Assembly (NCBI RefSeq): GCF_963921235.1
Contig: NC_086097.1
Span: forward strand, 167,588,001 to 167,652,000
Length of the DNA stretch: 64,000 nucleotides
Direction of reading: 5' to 3'
DNA from: Mobula hypostoma
Taxonomy: Eukaryota
Positions 37,565 to 51,313 of the stretch are shown piece after piece (positions within the stretch are counted from its first letter, which is position 1; each line of letters begins with the position of its first letter). A program made the position numbers and the translations under genes. Below the pieces are notes generated by a model that was not told where the DNA came from, ran no database searches, and was given only the letters and a program-made list of their open reading frames with translations.

Positions 37565-40500
37565 TTAAAACAGAAAGCAACAAATATTGGACTGCAAGTG
37601 TTGTATCTGAATGCACCCTGCATAAGGAGTAAAATGGACAGTCTTGAACTTCAGCAACAGATTGGCAAATATGACATTGTGGCCGTCTCTGAAACTTGTC
37701 TAAAGGATGGCAGCCATTAGGAGCTGAGCGTCCAAGGATATATGGTATATCAGAAAGATAGGTTAGTAGGCAGAGGGGATGGTGAGGCTTTGTGTATAAG
37801 AAATAATATAAAATTAGGAAGAGATGACCTAGGATTGGAAGGTGTAGGGTCTCTGTGTTGAGTTAAGAAATGGCAAAGGTAAAAGGACCTTAATGGCAGT
37901 TCTATACAGGCCTCCAAACAGCAGCCGGGATGTGGATTACAAATTATAGCGGGAGATAGACATGGTGTGTCAGAAAGGCAATGTCATGGTAATCGTTGAG
38001 GATTTTAACATGAAAGCGGATTGGGAAAACCAGGTCCGTAATGGACCTCGAGAGAGAATTTGTAGAATGTCTAAGGGATGGCTTTTTAGAATGGCTTGTT
38101 GTTGAGCCCACTAGGGGATCGGCTGTGCTGGATTGGGTGTTGTGCAATGATCCAGAGGTGATAAGAGAGCTTAAGGTTAAGGAACCCTTGGGGAACAGTG
38201 ATCACGATATGATCGAGTTCACATTGGATTTTATTTTTTTCCCTCTCAAATTTCATTGTGTTGGTATTTCAGTGGAATAGAGGAAATTACAATGGCATGA
38301 GAGGGGAACTGGCTGAAGTTGACTGGAAAGGGACATTTGCAGGAAGGACAGCAGAGCAGCAATGGCTGGAGTTTTTGCAAAAAATGATGGAAGTGCAAGA
38401 CAGATAAATTCCAAATAAGAAATTTTCAAAGGGAAGAAGGAAGTGAAGTCAGAACCAAAGTAAAAGCAAAAGAGAGGGCATACAAGGAAGCCAGGGCTAG
38501 TGGGAAGATAGAGGATTGGGGAGCTTTTTAAAAGCTAGCAGAAGGAAACTAAGAAGGTCATTAGGAAGGAAAAGATGGGCTGGCTGGTGGCACAATGACA
38601 TCAGCGCCAGACCCCGGAACAGAAGTTCCCGGGTTCGAATCCCGAGTACGTTTTCCATCCATGCTGGGTTGAGTGTCGAGATCGCAACTCGATCTTGTAA
38701 AATAAAAACAGAAGGGAAAAATACTGCGAAAGTGTCTGCGTGAGGAGTGGCGTGCCACACAGTCTCTCTCTCTCTCTCGTTCCGCGCCTTGTAAAGGCTT
38801 GAAAAAGACATCATCGCACAGACGCACACGCCAAAAAAAGGAAGAAAAAGATGACTTATGAAAGGAAGCTGGCGACTAATATCAAAGAAGATACTCAAAA
38901 CTTGTTTAAGTATATAAAGGGTAAAAAAGAGTCGAGGGTAGATATAGAGCCAATACAAAATCATGCTGGAAATACTGTAATCAGAGATGGCAGAGGAACT
39001 GAATGCGTATATTGCATCAGTCTTCACAGTGGAAGATGTCTGCAGTATACTGGACATTCAAGAGTGTCAGGGAAGTGAAGTATGTACAGTGAAAATTATG
39101 ACTGAGAAGGTGCTCAGGAAGCTTAATGGTCTGAGGGTGGATAAATCTCCTCACCTGAAGGAATACTGGAGAGATTGCGGAGGCATTAACGTTGATCTTT
39201 CAAGAATAGATGGATTCTGGCATTGTACCGGATGACGGGAACATTGCAAATGTTACTCCACTAAGAAAGGTGAGAGGCAGCAGAAAGGACACTATAGACC
39301 TGTTCACCTAACATCAGTGGTTGGGAAGTTGTTGGAATCTATTGTTAGGGATGAGATTACAGAATACCTGCAGGCACATGACAAGATGGCTCAAAGCCAG
39401 CATGGTTTCCTGAAAGGAAAATCCTGTCTGACTAACCTATTGCAATTTTTTTGAGGAAACTTCGAGCAGGGATGACAAAGGAGATGTAGTAGATGTGATG
39501 TACTTGGATCTTCAGAAGGCCTTTGACAAGGTGCCGTACATGAGGCTGCTTAGCAAGATAAGAGCCCATGGAATTACAGGGGAGTTGCTCGCATGGGTGA
39601 AGCATTGGCTGGTCAGCAAAAAACAGAGAGTGGGGATAAAGGGATCCTATTCTGGCTGGCTGCTGGTTACCAGCGGAGTTCCAAGGGGGTCGGTGTTGGG
39701 ACCGCTGGTTTTTACAATGTATGTTAATGATTTGGACTATGGTATTAATGGATTTGTGGCTAAATTTGCCATTGATATAAAGTTAGGTGGAGGAGCAGGT
39801 AGTGTTGAGGAAACAGACTGCAGAGAGACTTAGATAGTTTAGGGGAATGGGCAAGGAAGTGGCAAATGAAATACAATGTTGGAAAGTGTATGGTCATGCA
39901 TGTTGGTGAAAGCAATAAATGGGCAGACTATTATTTAGATGGGGATAGAATTCAAAATGCAGAGATGCAAAGGGACTTGGGAGTCCTTGTGCACGATACC
40001 CTAAAAGTTAACCTCCAGGTTGAGTCAGTGGTGAAGAAGGTGAATGCAATGTTGGCATTCGTTTCTAGAGGTATAGAATATAAGAGCAGGGATGTGATAT
40101 TGAGGCTCTATAAGGCACTCATGAGACTACATTTGGAGTATTGTGTGCAGTTTTGGGCTCCTTATTTTAGAAAAGGATATACTGACATTGGAGATGGTTC
40201 AGAGATGATTCACAAGAATGATTCCAGGAATGAAAGGGTTACCATATGAGGAACGTCTGGCAGCTCTTGGGCTGTATTCCCTGGAGTTCAGGAGAATGAG
40301 GGGGGATCTCATAGAAACATTCTGAATGTTAAAAGGCCTGAACAGATTAGATATGGCAAAGTTATTTCCCATGGTAGGGGATTTTAGGACAAGAGGGCAC
40401 AACTTCAGGATTGAAGGACGTCCTTTTAGAACTGAGATGCAGAGAAATTACTTTAGTCAGAGGGTGGTAAATCTGTGGAATGTGTTGTCACGAGTGGCTG

Positions 40501-40697
40501 TGGAGGCCAAGTCATTGGGTGTTTTTAAGGCAGAGATAGATAGGTTCTTGATTAGCCAGGGCATCAAAGGGTATGGGGTGAAGGTAGGGGAGTGGGGATG
40601 ACTGGAAGAATTGGATCAGCCCATGATTGAATGGCAGAGTAGTCTCGATGGGCCAAATGGCCTGCTTCTGCTCCTATTTCTTTTGGTCTTGTGGTCT
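37565..40697 (+). mobile_element. Near-complete but disrupted CR1 ORF2 (APE endonuclease + RT)
   Basis: Endonuclease motifs (YRPP, PTRGSAVLDWVLCN, LGNSDHDMIEF), RT motifs (YLDLQKAFDKVP, GVPRGSVLGP, HLEYCVQFWAP) and a (TCTTNTGG)n tail; many frameshifts. Confidence 0.93.
38578..38838 (+). mobile_element. tRNA-derived SINE inserted in CR1
   Basis: A box TGGCACAATG (38588), B box GGTTCGAATCC (38632-38642), short A tail, and a 15-bp TSD AGGAAG(G/A)AAAGATG (38563-38577 / 38839-38853). Confidence 0.88.
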
Positions 40698-43299
40698 AAA
40701 TGTGGAATGAGCTGCTAAGGTCGGTTGTGGATGCAAATTCAATTGTAACATTTATGGTAAGCTTTTTAAGTATATTGATGGGAGAGGTATGGAGGGCTAT
40801 GGTCTGGATATGAGTAGATGGAACTAGGCAGGAAAACAGGTTGGCATGGTGTAGATGGGCTGAAGGGCCTGTTTCTGTGCTCTATGACATCAGAACAAAT
40901 GCCAGCACATAATGTGTGTGCATGCAGCTACATTTCAGATCCACTGCACCAGGGACGGGGCAATTTCCACATCACACTGAGTTCCAAGCCAGGCATCAAA
41001 GAGTGACTGTGCAATAAAAATACTATTGCACTTCCCAGCCTCATCGTTGTGCTGAGGTAGTACATGTCAATAAGAATATTTACAGTTAGCTTGCTTTGTT
41101 GCTGCTTTACAAAGAGCCTTTTCCTTTGTAAAATGGGTGCAAAACATAATTGGGCAGGATAAATTGTTGGTCGTTGTGCTGGTAAATACCTTGGGGCAGG
41201 GTTGTTTTGGAGGCTTGTAGTTTGAGTGCTGTAGCTGTGGACCTCCTCATTTGGGGGGGGGGAGTGTGTGTGTATGTTTTGAGCTAATGTTTATCAGTTA
41301 CCTATCTGCATCATTGACACAGGGAAGCCTTTGAAATGTTGGTAGTTGGGATAATCCTTTCTAGCCAAGGTTTCACTTGTAGGGTTAATGTGGCTTTCTT
41401 ATTTTGATACTCCATGATCCATATGGACTCCTGCACATTGGAATCAGCCCTGTTAGCTTAATTTGTCTGTGCCAACTGTACCCATTGGCACATGTTTGGC
41501 ACCCAACTCTCTCTATTGTCTCTATCTGCACTGCTCTTTTTCTGCATCCGTAACACTATATTCTGCATTTTAGTGAGGGATATAGAGATATAGATCCTTG
41601 TGCATGTGACAATAATAAATGAATTAACGTACATAAACTTCCAAGAATCACATCGTGATTAAGTACTTTAAAGCTTCTGTGCAGCCAGTCTGGTGTATTT
41701 GAGCTGAGATTTATTTTGAGCTCTGAGGAATTGAGCATTGAGATCACAAAAGATATTTGAATGGCCCAGTGTTTAGAAGCACTTTTAATTTGAAGCCAAT
41801 AACTGACTTGAGTGCCTGTACCTATATTATTTTTGTTGCCTGAGACGTTGATGTCTAGTCTATTAGACTGATTGTGAAGATTGGCAATTTGTACTCTCAA
41901 GTTTTTGGTATCTTGGTCACTGATTCTAGATTTCAGCTTTGGGAAAACTGAGGATGTACATTTGTACATCCGGGAGCCCTGAGAAGAGGTGTTACATGCT
42001 TGTCCATTCTTGTCTAATTATGACATTTGTTACTATTATTATCTTCCAGTGTTGGCGGGGACTTGCATTTCTAGCTCAGAGAATCAGAGTTCAAGAGAAA
42101 TGGCAATGAAATGTCAGTGATGGATTAATAGAAACTTATTGACTTGTATGAAAATATCTGCCTAGTGTAGGCGGATGGCCAGACTCCTCTGAGTTCTGCC
42201 TTGGTTGCCTAGCAACCTGAAATGAAAGCGAGTGGTGGTTAAAGTTGTGCTGACAAAGGTATCACTGGTTTTTTTTAAAGAGTCCATTCATTTCCCAGGA
42301 TTTGCACTTGTTGTCCTTGATGGTTACCACAGTTAAATGATGGTTCTTGAGGCAATCCATGTGGTAAAACTAGTGCCACAGTACTGAGTATTGAGTTACA
42401 GATTTCAATCCACAATCTGCTTCCAGATGGCCCATGTTCCACCTGCTGTTGTACTTCCTAGTGGTAGAAGTTTTGTGTTTGGGAAGTGCTGTCGGAGTTG
42501 TCCGGAATTGGAACTGGTTTGTTATTGTCACGTAGATGCACTGAAAAGCTTGTTTACACAGATCACGTCATTACACATTGCAGTAGAGGTACGAGGAGAA
42601 CATAGAGAACAAGGTAAAACGACAACAATTCAGAATAAAGTACAACACCATAAAGAGAGTGCAGGTAAACAGTAAAATGAGGTAGATTGTGAGGTCAAGA
42701 ATCTGTCTCATCGTACAAGGAAACCATTTAATACCTTTTATAAAAGCAGGGTAGAAGCTGGTAAGTGTTTCCAGGATTTTGAATCTTCTGCCAATAGAAG
42801 AGCAGAGAAGAGATCATGTCTGGGGTGTATGGAGTCTTTGATAATGCTGCTGCTTCACTGAGCGAAGTATAGACGGGAAGCTGGTTTCCATGATGTGCTG
42901 AACTGTCCACAACTCTACAGTTTCCTGCAGTCAGGTGCAGAGCAGTTACCGTGCTAAGCTATGATGCATCTGCATAAGATGCTTTCTATGATGCATCAAT
43001 CGAAATTAGTTAGAGTTGACTTGCCAACAATGGGCATAATTCCAGGGTCAAGTAAGGGCAGTGCATTTATCAGATAGTACACACTCTAGCCACTGTGCGC
43101 CATTGGCAGAGCAAATGATCATATTAGAGATAATAGGCTGCTCTTTCCTGGGTGGTGTAAAATCTGTTGGTCCTTCAACTACACAGGCATGTGAGGAGTA
43201 GCTCATCGCACTTGTAATTTGTACTTTGTAGGTTGGAACATCCCACAGTAATAATTATTCCTAGACATTTGTTCATCCTGGCAAAAAAAAAATCGGAGT

Positions 43300-44040
43300 C
43301 AACTTGCTATCAAGGTATGTATGTATCACCAAATACTGTCCTGAGAATCAGTTTCTTGTAGGCATTCACAGTGGAATCAGTGGAAAAACTACACCCAAAT
43401 AAAGATGACAAGCAACCAATGTACAAAAGAAGATAATCTGTGCAAATAGCAATAATAATACTGAGACCACAAGCTATGGAATCCTTGAATGGAGTCAGTA
43501 GGTTGCATTCAGTGATGTGGTGAGTGAAGTTATCCACGCTGGTTCAGGAGCCTGGTGGCTGAAGGATAATAACTGTTCCTGAGGCTCCTGTACGTCCTTC
43601 CTGATGGCCTCAGCAAGAAGAGAGTATGTCCTGGATGATGGGGGTCCTTCATGGATACTGATACCTTATGACAATGCATTTTGTAAATGTGTTCAGTGAT
43701 GGGGAGGGCTTTGTCTGTGATGAACTGACTTTGTCTGTTACGTTTTTGTAGCCTTTTTTTTCCTGTGCTTGTGCAGTGATGGTTCCATACCAGGCCGTGA
43801 CATCACCAGACAGGATACTCTGCATTGTGCATCTATAGATGTTTGCTAAAGTTTTAGATGATGTGCCGAAAGTGCGCAAGCGTCTAAGAAAGTAAAGGCA
43901 CTACCGTGCTTCCATTGAAATGGCACTTATGTGCTGGTTCCAGGACAGATCCTCTGATATTATAATGGCCAGGAATTTAAAGTTACTGACCCTCTCCATC
44001 TCAAACCCCCTAATGAGCACTGGCTCATGGATCCCAGATT
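43300..44040 (-). mobile_element. Rex1/Babar-type LINE 3' fragment
   Basis: Minus ORF RTFGTSSKTLANIYRCTMQSILSGDVTAWYG. Confidence 0.75.
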
Positions 44041-44804
44041 TCTTCAGCTTAGTAAAGCAGCCTAATGTGTCACTTGTTAAATAGTTGGTGACGTCACAAG
44101 TGAATCTGTAGCTTGAAACTAATGTTTTGGTTCTGTGTTATAGCAGTTCTTGTATCGGGAATTCATCAATCACAACTCACTGCCAACGTAAAAATTACTA
44201 ATAAAAATTCACTTTCATAAAGCCATAACATAGGAGCAGAATCAATCCATTCAGCTTATTGGTTGTCCCGCCATTCAAACATGGCAGACTTTTTTCTCAC
44301 AAAGAAGAGAAAATCTGCAGATGCAGGAAAGCTGAGCAACACGCACAAAATGATGGAGGAACTCAGCAGCTCAGGCAGCATCTATGAAAAAGAGTACAGT
44401 GGACACTTTAGGCCAAAACCTTTCGACAGGATATTTTTTTTTCTCAGTCGCATTCTCCTACTATATCCCTTAACTTCCTTTCCAATCAAACTTTTCAATC
44501 TTTGCCTTAGAATCCATAGCTCTCTATGGGAATGAATTCACCGTCCTCAAGCTGAAGAAAGACCTCCTCATCTCAGTTTAAGAAGGACACCCATTTATTC
44601 TGAGGCTGTGCCTGTGGATCCTAAACTATCCTAATAATAAATGATCCTTTCCACATCCACTCTAGACAGGCCTTTCAGTATTCTCTAAGTTTCAGTGAGA
44701 TTTCAACCTAATTCTTTCCCACCCCCCCCCCCCAACACACACATACACCCTCGTCCTTGTGAATTTTATCAAGTACGGGATCGGAGAAACTTGTCATTCG
44801 TCAT

Positions 44805-45155
44805 ACACAGAAAACCTGCAGCACAATACAGGCCCTTCGGCCCACAAAGCTGTGTCGAAAACATATTTACTTTAGAAATTACCTAGGGTTACCCACAGTC
44901 CTTTATTTTCTAAGCTGCATGTACCTATCCAAGAGTCTCTTAAAAGACTCTGTTGTATCTGCCTCCACCACTGTCGCTGGCAGCCCATTCCATGCACTCA
45001 CCACTCTGCATTAAAAAAAATTTACCTCTGATCTCTTCTGTACCTACTTCCAAGCAGCTTAAAACTGTGCCCTCTTGTGTTAGCCATCCCAGCCCTGGGA
45101 AAAAGCCTCTGACTATCCACACGATCAATGCCTCTCGTCTTATACACCTTGCATA
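44805..45155 (-). mobile_element. CR1 3' fragment
   Basis: Reverse complement similar to 13075-13200, plus a CR1 3' UTR. Confidence 0.7.
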
Positions 45156-46999
45156 TTAAGCTTTTCACTCCTGGGGTCATTCCTGAGCCTCCTGGACCTT
45201 CTCCAGAACCAGCACATCATTCCGTGGATCTGGAGTAGTGTTCAAGGACCACTCACAAATCTGGAGGCAGAGGGGAGGAAGCTTTTGAAATTTCTGTATT
45301 GTGAATTGTAGGTCTTGGGGCTCCTGCGTCACCTCCCTGTTGGTAATAGTGAGAAGAGGGCAGGTCCCAGACGGTGAGCTCCCTACATGATGGATGCTAC
45401 TTGCTTGAGTCACTGCGTTTTGAAGGTGTCCTTGATGGTGTGGAGGGTTGTGCCCATGATGCAGCAAGCTGAGTCTACACCCCTTTGTGATCCTGTGCAT
45501 TGGAGTCTCAGTACCAGCCAGTGATGCAACCGGTCAGAATGGTCTCCACTGTACATGTATAGAAATGTAAAAATCCTCAAACTTGTGATGAAGTAGAGCC
45601 TCTGCATGCCTTCTTTGTGATGGCATCCCTGCGTGGGTTCGGAATAGGTCTTCTGAAATGTTCATGAAATGGTTGGGCAGTTGGAGAGGCAAAGTTTTCA
45701 CTCTGTAACATTGTTTGTCTGTGTTGGGCTCGGGTCTCTGATACAACTGAAGCCAACTGGTCAGCTTTTCACTCACTGACCAATATCCATGGCAATTGTT
45801 GCTGCTGAAGTAATTTGTATTATTCATCAGCCAAAATCCTCCAGTTGCTGCTAAATTATGCAAAAGCTAAATGCTGTGGGTATTGGAAATCTGAAAGAAA
45901 ACCCAGAAAATCCTTTAAGTGTTCTGCAGGTCAGTTAACATTGGTCGAGAGAGTTCATGATTGAGTCTATCTCCAGTTACTCAAGGAAGCAATTATTGGA
46001 TAGGCCATTGAATAGTAACTAAACTGTTTCATATAATATGCTTTTCAAAAAAGGGTTTCCTCATTTGGATGTTTGTGCTTGTCAAAATATCTGTTTTTTT
46101 GTTATAAGTTCCTCTTCATTCCTGTGGGTTTTGGATGTGATGGAGGAGGAGCGGGACAAAGGTGGAATGTAAGCTGTATGGTATTCTGGTGGAGAATTGG
46201 CCATGGCTATGTTTCTCATATGACTGAGGAGGGAAGAGTAAGGGAGATCTGACCTGGGGAACAGTTTGGAACAGGGAATTATTACCAACTTGCCAAAAAA
46301 TAAAATCAGAATTATATAACCAGAGAGAGTAAGAGAACTGAAAACTGCTGGAGATTTCTTCCTGGTATAAAGTTGTTGGGAGGGGGAGGGAGAGAGAATG
46401 AACAAATAAATAAATAAATAAATAAATATGATTTGGCCCATCAGATTAGTGCTAGCTCATTGAAAGAGGTATCCACTTCATCCCATTCATCTCTAATGCT
46501 GCATTTCATTTCACTTTTCCAACCATTTCTCCAATTCCCTGTTGAAGCGTAATGCTCAGTCCATTTGGGTAACAAATAATCATTCTCAGCATTTGTTGAA
46601 GGCAGACCTCCTCACTTTCCTCTTGCCCAAATGTTTTGGAATTTAAAAGGGTTCTTAGATCATATTCTTTCCCCACAACCAGTGGAACCATTTGCTTCTG
46701 CCTCCCTTTTTTTTAAAGCAGAATGTCTACTGAACTAGTCCCATTTGCCTGTATTTGGCCCATATCCATCTAACTCCTTCCCAGCCAAACTCTTTGTTAA
46801 TGCTGTAACTGTTCCCAACTTTATCTGCCAGCTTTTTTTCCATATACTCCCCACCCTCTGTGTGGGGGGAAAAGTTTCCACCTCGGGTCCCTTTTAAATC
46901 TTTTCCCTCTCCCATTAAACTAATTTTGGATTCTTTTACCCCGGGGAAAAGACTTTGGCTATTCACCTTATCTATGCCCCTTATGATTTCAGAACCAGA

Positions 47000-48575
47000 A
47001 TTGGAGTCAGAATCAGGTTTAATATCACTGGTATATAGTATGTTGTTTTGAGCAGCAGTACAATGCAATACATAATAAAATGCTATAAATTACAATAAGA
47101 AATATATGTTTAAATAAAATTAGATAAGTAGAGCGAGAAAGTAAAAGAAAAGTGATGCAGTGTAATGAGTTACTTGTCCATCCAGAAATCTGATGGCAGC
47201 GGGAAAGAAGCTATTCCTGAAATATTGTGTGTGTCTTCAGCCTCCTGTACCTCTTCCCTGATGGTAGTAATGAGAAGAGCGCATGCCCTGGCTGATGGGG
47301 GCCCTTAATATTGTGTGTGTCTTCAGCCTCCTGTACCTCTTCCCTGATGGTAGCAATGAGAAGAGCGCATGCCCTGGCTGATGGGGGCCTTTAATATTGT
47401 GTGTGTCTTCAGCCTCCTGTACCTTTTCCCTGATGGTAGCAATGAGAAGAGCGCATGCCCTGGCTGATGGGGGCCCTTAATATTGGATGCTGCCTTTTTG
47501 AGACATTACTTTTTGAAGGTGTCCTTGGTGCTGGAGCCCATAATAGACCTGGCTGAGATTGTAAATTTTTGCAGCTTTTTCCAGCCCTGTGCAGTGGCCC
47601 CTCCATGCCAGACGATGATGTAATCAGAAGGATTGCTCTCCGTGGTACATTTGTAGACATTTGTGAGAGTCTTTGGTGATATACCAAGTTACCTCAAACT
47701 CCCAATGAAATGTAGCCACCTTTGTAATTGCATCAGTATGTTGGGCCCAGCATAGAGTTTCAGAGATGCTGAAACCCAGAAACTTTAAACTGTTCACCCT
47801 TTCTACTGCTGATCCCTCAATAAGGACTGTATGTTCCCTCGACTTTCCCCTCCTAAAGTCCACAATCAATTGCTTGGTCTTACTTTGTTGAGTACAAGGT
47901 TGTTGTTTTGACACCACTCAACCAGCTGTTCTATCTCAATCACTACGCCTCCTCCTCTCCATCTGAAATTCTGCCAACAATAGTTATATCATTGGCAAAT
48001 TTATAGATTGTGTATGAGCTATGCCTAACCACACAGTCGTGGGTGTAGAGAGAATAGAACAGTGGGCTAAGCACACACCCTTGAGTTGCGGCAGTGTTGA
48101 TTGTCAGCGAGGTGGAGATGTTATTTCTGATCCATACTGTTTGTGGTCTTTCGATGAGGAAGTCAAGGAGCCAGTTGCAGAGGGAAGTAGAGAAGACCAG
48201 GCTTTGGATCTTATTGGTTAACACTGAGGATATGATCGTGTTTGAATGCTGAGCTGCAACCATTAAACAGCAGCCTGATAAAGGTATTACTATTGTCCAA
48301 GAGATCCAAGTGGAAAGCCAGTGAGGTTGTATCTACTATAGACCTAGTGTGTCGATAGGAAAATTGCATCAGGTCCAGGTCCTTGCTTAGGCAGGAGTTG
48401 ATTCTGCCCATAACTAATCTCTCAAAGCACTTCATCACAGTAGATGTGAGTGCCACTGGGTGATGGCCTTTGAGGCAGCTAGCCCTGCTCTTCTTGGGCA
48501 CTGCTATAATTGTCACTCTTTTGAAGTAGGTGGGAGCCCCCAACTGCAGCATTGCGAGATTAAAGAATTTATAAA
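47000..48575 (-). mobile_element. Rex1/Babar-type LINE with degenerate RT
   Basis: Minus ORFs PVALTSTVMKCFERLV, QGCVLSPLFYSLYTHDC, KFANDITIVG, KTKQLIVDFRR. Confidence 0.88.
47221..47485. repeat. Tandem triplication of an 86-bp unit
   Basis: Units start at 47221, 47307 and 47393; AATATTG recurs at each junction and at 47479. Confidence 0.95.
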
Positions 48576-49772
48576 TCTGTAGGGTCACTCCTCACCCTCC
48601 TATCATCCAGGGAAAAAAGATATTCTGAGCCCATCCAGTCTCTCGTTATAACTCAAGTTTTCCAATCCCAAGTAACATCCTTGTGAATCCTTTTACTTCA
48701 ATGAGGAGTGAATGAGCTAGTAGAAAAGCTGCTCATGCGAGTTTATAACGAGTGGCTACACATAAAAGGTTCTCAGTGAGATTGACAGGGTAAAAGCTGA
48801 CAGGATATTTTGCTTGTTGGTGTCGTAGATCACGGAGACATCATTTCAAATTAAGGGTCACCGATTTAATATGGAGATAACGAATTTCTTCAGAGTGTTG
48901 GCCGTTCCCTTTCCTACAAATTCACAGATCCCTGTGTCCGTCCTTTATGCCTTTTTTCTTGGAGTCCCTCTCCTATCCCTGTAGGATTATGTAATCCAGA
49001 AAGATGTAGAACCTGTACATTGAGGTTTTTGGACTGAAGGGCAATCAAGGTTTATGAAACAGGCAGTGACTTAGAGTTGAGGTTAAGGTAAGATCAACCC
49101 TGATTTTGTGGAAAAGCCTCAATGGAAAATGAGGCTCTTTTCCTTCAATAAATAGGGATCAGCAGATGCTGGGAATCTGTGGGGGGGGGGGAATGCTGAA
49201 AACACTCAATAATTCACATTGCATTAGTGGAAAGAGAAAGGGTTAACCTTTTGGGTCAAAGACCCTTAGTCAGAACTCTCCTTTTTGTTCTGTACCTGGG
49301 GTTGAAAGAAGCAGGCCAAGTTTTCTGTCAGCATTGAGATGGGCTGAATGGCTTACTTGTGCTTGATCAAAGTCCCTCAGTTTGAATAAGTACAGACTCA
49401 GACCAAAAATTTCCTGTGTGGCCAGGTGTTGTGGCAAAACTTACTGGGTTACTGGTTTTATGTTGGTCGCTTCTAAGTAACTGTATACAATGTCTTTGAC
49501 AATTTTTTGCACGTACACAGATGCTACTAGACCAGTTGAGTTCCTCCAGCAAATTGTTCGTTTGCTCTAGGTTCCTGCATCTTTTGATGGTCAGGTGCAG
49601 CTTTTTGATCAATGGCTTCAACAACCACTAGGTGGTGCAGTGATATATATTTTAATTCCAGAGCAATGATACCTAGTTTTTGAATTGGAATCAGGTTTTA
49701 TTTTTACTGACGTATGTCATGAAATTTGTTCACAGCAATACAATGCAATACATAAAGGTTACAATAAGGAAT

Positions 49773-50380
49773 ACAGTGGATTCTGTTTAATTAGGACTCA
49801 CCGGGACCCATACGTTTTGGCTCAATTAAGCGGCTTTCCCAATTAGCTCAAGTTTAATGGAAATACGAAGTTAAAAAACCAAACTGCTATTTTAAACTGA
49901 GTAACAAATAGTGTATTTAAATGAAAAACAGAAAATAAATTTACACTAGAAAAACTGCTGCACTACTATAAAACTGTTTTAGTCCCTAAAAGTTATCAAC
50001 AGAGGAATCCATCCAGTGTATGCTGCCATGTTATTTTGATTGACAGGAAATGAAAGCACAATAGTACAGGCACCTAGTGCAAATAATCGATCAATTATAC
50101 AATCCTTTGCTTTCTTTGGACCTGATAGTGTTGTGTATTCGGGGAGTTTTGTAGATTTCCATGTTTCTGCATGTACAGTCTCCGCATGTGCTTTCTTGAA
50201 TGTAATGCGGTGCCAACATTTCCATTCAGGCAATTATACAGGAGCCTAAGGATGTACACTCAGTATTTTAGGAATTGCTCTTCCCTTCCAACATCAGATT
50301 TCTTAGTAGTTCATGAATTTTACCCCACTATTTTGTTCTTTTGGCACTACCAACCTTTTATATACAGTGGATTCCTTCCA
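49773..50380. mobile_element. Possible Tigger/pogo-like DNA transposon remnant
   Basis: TA|CAGTGGATTC terminus-like motifs at 49773 and about 50364; no matching inverted end was found. Confidence 0.35.
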
Positions 50381-51050
50381 ATGTAGCCAGCCATTTCTAC
50401 TCTTTTTTTAAAAAAAAAATAATTATTATAACATAGTACCCATTCGACTGACTTTTTCCCCTTGCGTGAAAAAGAACCTTGTCACACTGCTTTTTAACTG
50501 GACCAATGTTTTCTTTTTTTAAAAAAAACTCGAATGCCTCACTGTACTTCAACAGGTAGGTAGACATCTTGAGTTTGTTTAAAACTTCTTTGTTGCCATT
50601 GTTATGTTTTCCTCATTTGCTCATCACCTCCCTCTAGTTTCCCCCTCCTTCCCTTTCTTCCATGGTTCACTGTCCTCTCCTATTACGTTCCTCCTTCTGC
50701 AGCCCATTACCTCTTCTACTTGTCCTCTCCCAACTGCTTACTTCATCCTTCCTCCCCCCACCTATATTCTCACATTTGATTGCTCGGGGTATAATTAGCT
50801 GATGTATACTGAGCGAATTGAACAGTATTTTGAAGCAAATGAAATAGCCAATGATAAGCAAGTGCCAGTTTTGCTGAATGCACAGGGGTTAAAAGGCATA
50901 CTGTTTGCTTAGGAATTTAACTGCTCCAACCAAGCCTGCTGAAATGAGCTTTGCTGATACTGTGAAAGTAACGCAGAAATATTTAGAAACAAAACCATTG
51001 TTGATTGCAAAACACTTTAGGTTTCTGAAGCAAAATTAAAAGGAAATGGA

Positions 51051-51313
51051 AGCAACATACATCAAAGTTGCTGGTGAACGCAGCAGGCCAGGCAGCATCT
51101 CTAGGAAGAGGTGCAGTCGACGTTTCAGGCCGAGACCCTTCGTCAGGACTAACTGAAGGAAGAGTGAATAGGAGATTTGAGTAAGAGAGGTCTCGGCCTG
51201 AAACGTCGACTGCACCTCTTCCTAGAGATGCTGCCTGGCCTGCTGCGTTCACCAGCAACTTTGATGTGTGTTGCTTGAATTTCCAGCATCTGCAGAATTC
51301 CTGTTGTTTGCGT
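51051..51313. mobile_element. Palindromic PLE-terminus insertion
   Basis: 88-bp inverted arms 51050-51137 / 51189-51276 (1 mismatch) and a 15-bp TSD TTAAAAGGAAATGGA (51036-51050 / 51314-51328). Confidence 0.9.
51115..51150 (-). ncRNA. Minimal type I hammerhead ribozyme motif (intact)
   Basis: AGUC CUGACGA AGGGUCUCGGCCU GAAAC GUC GACU; 4-bp stem I AGUC/GACU. Confidence 0.8.

Noticed and set aside
38578..38650. Possible tRNA gene
   Set aside because: A and B boxes are present, but there is no convincing cloverleaf and it continues into a SINE body with tail and TSD.
38497..39057. 186-aa minus-strand ORF
   Set aside because: Antisense to CR1 plus SINE sequence; no protein motif.
44330..44432. 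Additional hammerhead candidates (also near 33920 and 49250)
   Set aside because: PLE-derived, but the catalytic core is too degenerate to call.
47221..47485. CRISPR-like array
   Set aside because: Head-to-tail units without unique spacers, in a eukaryotic LINE context.
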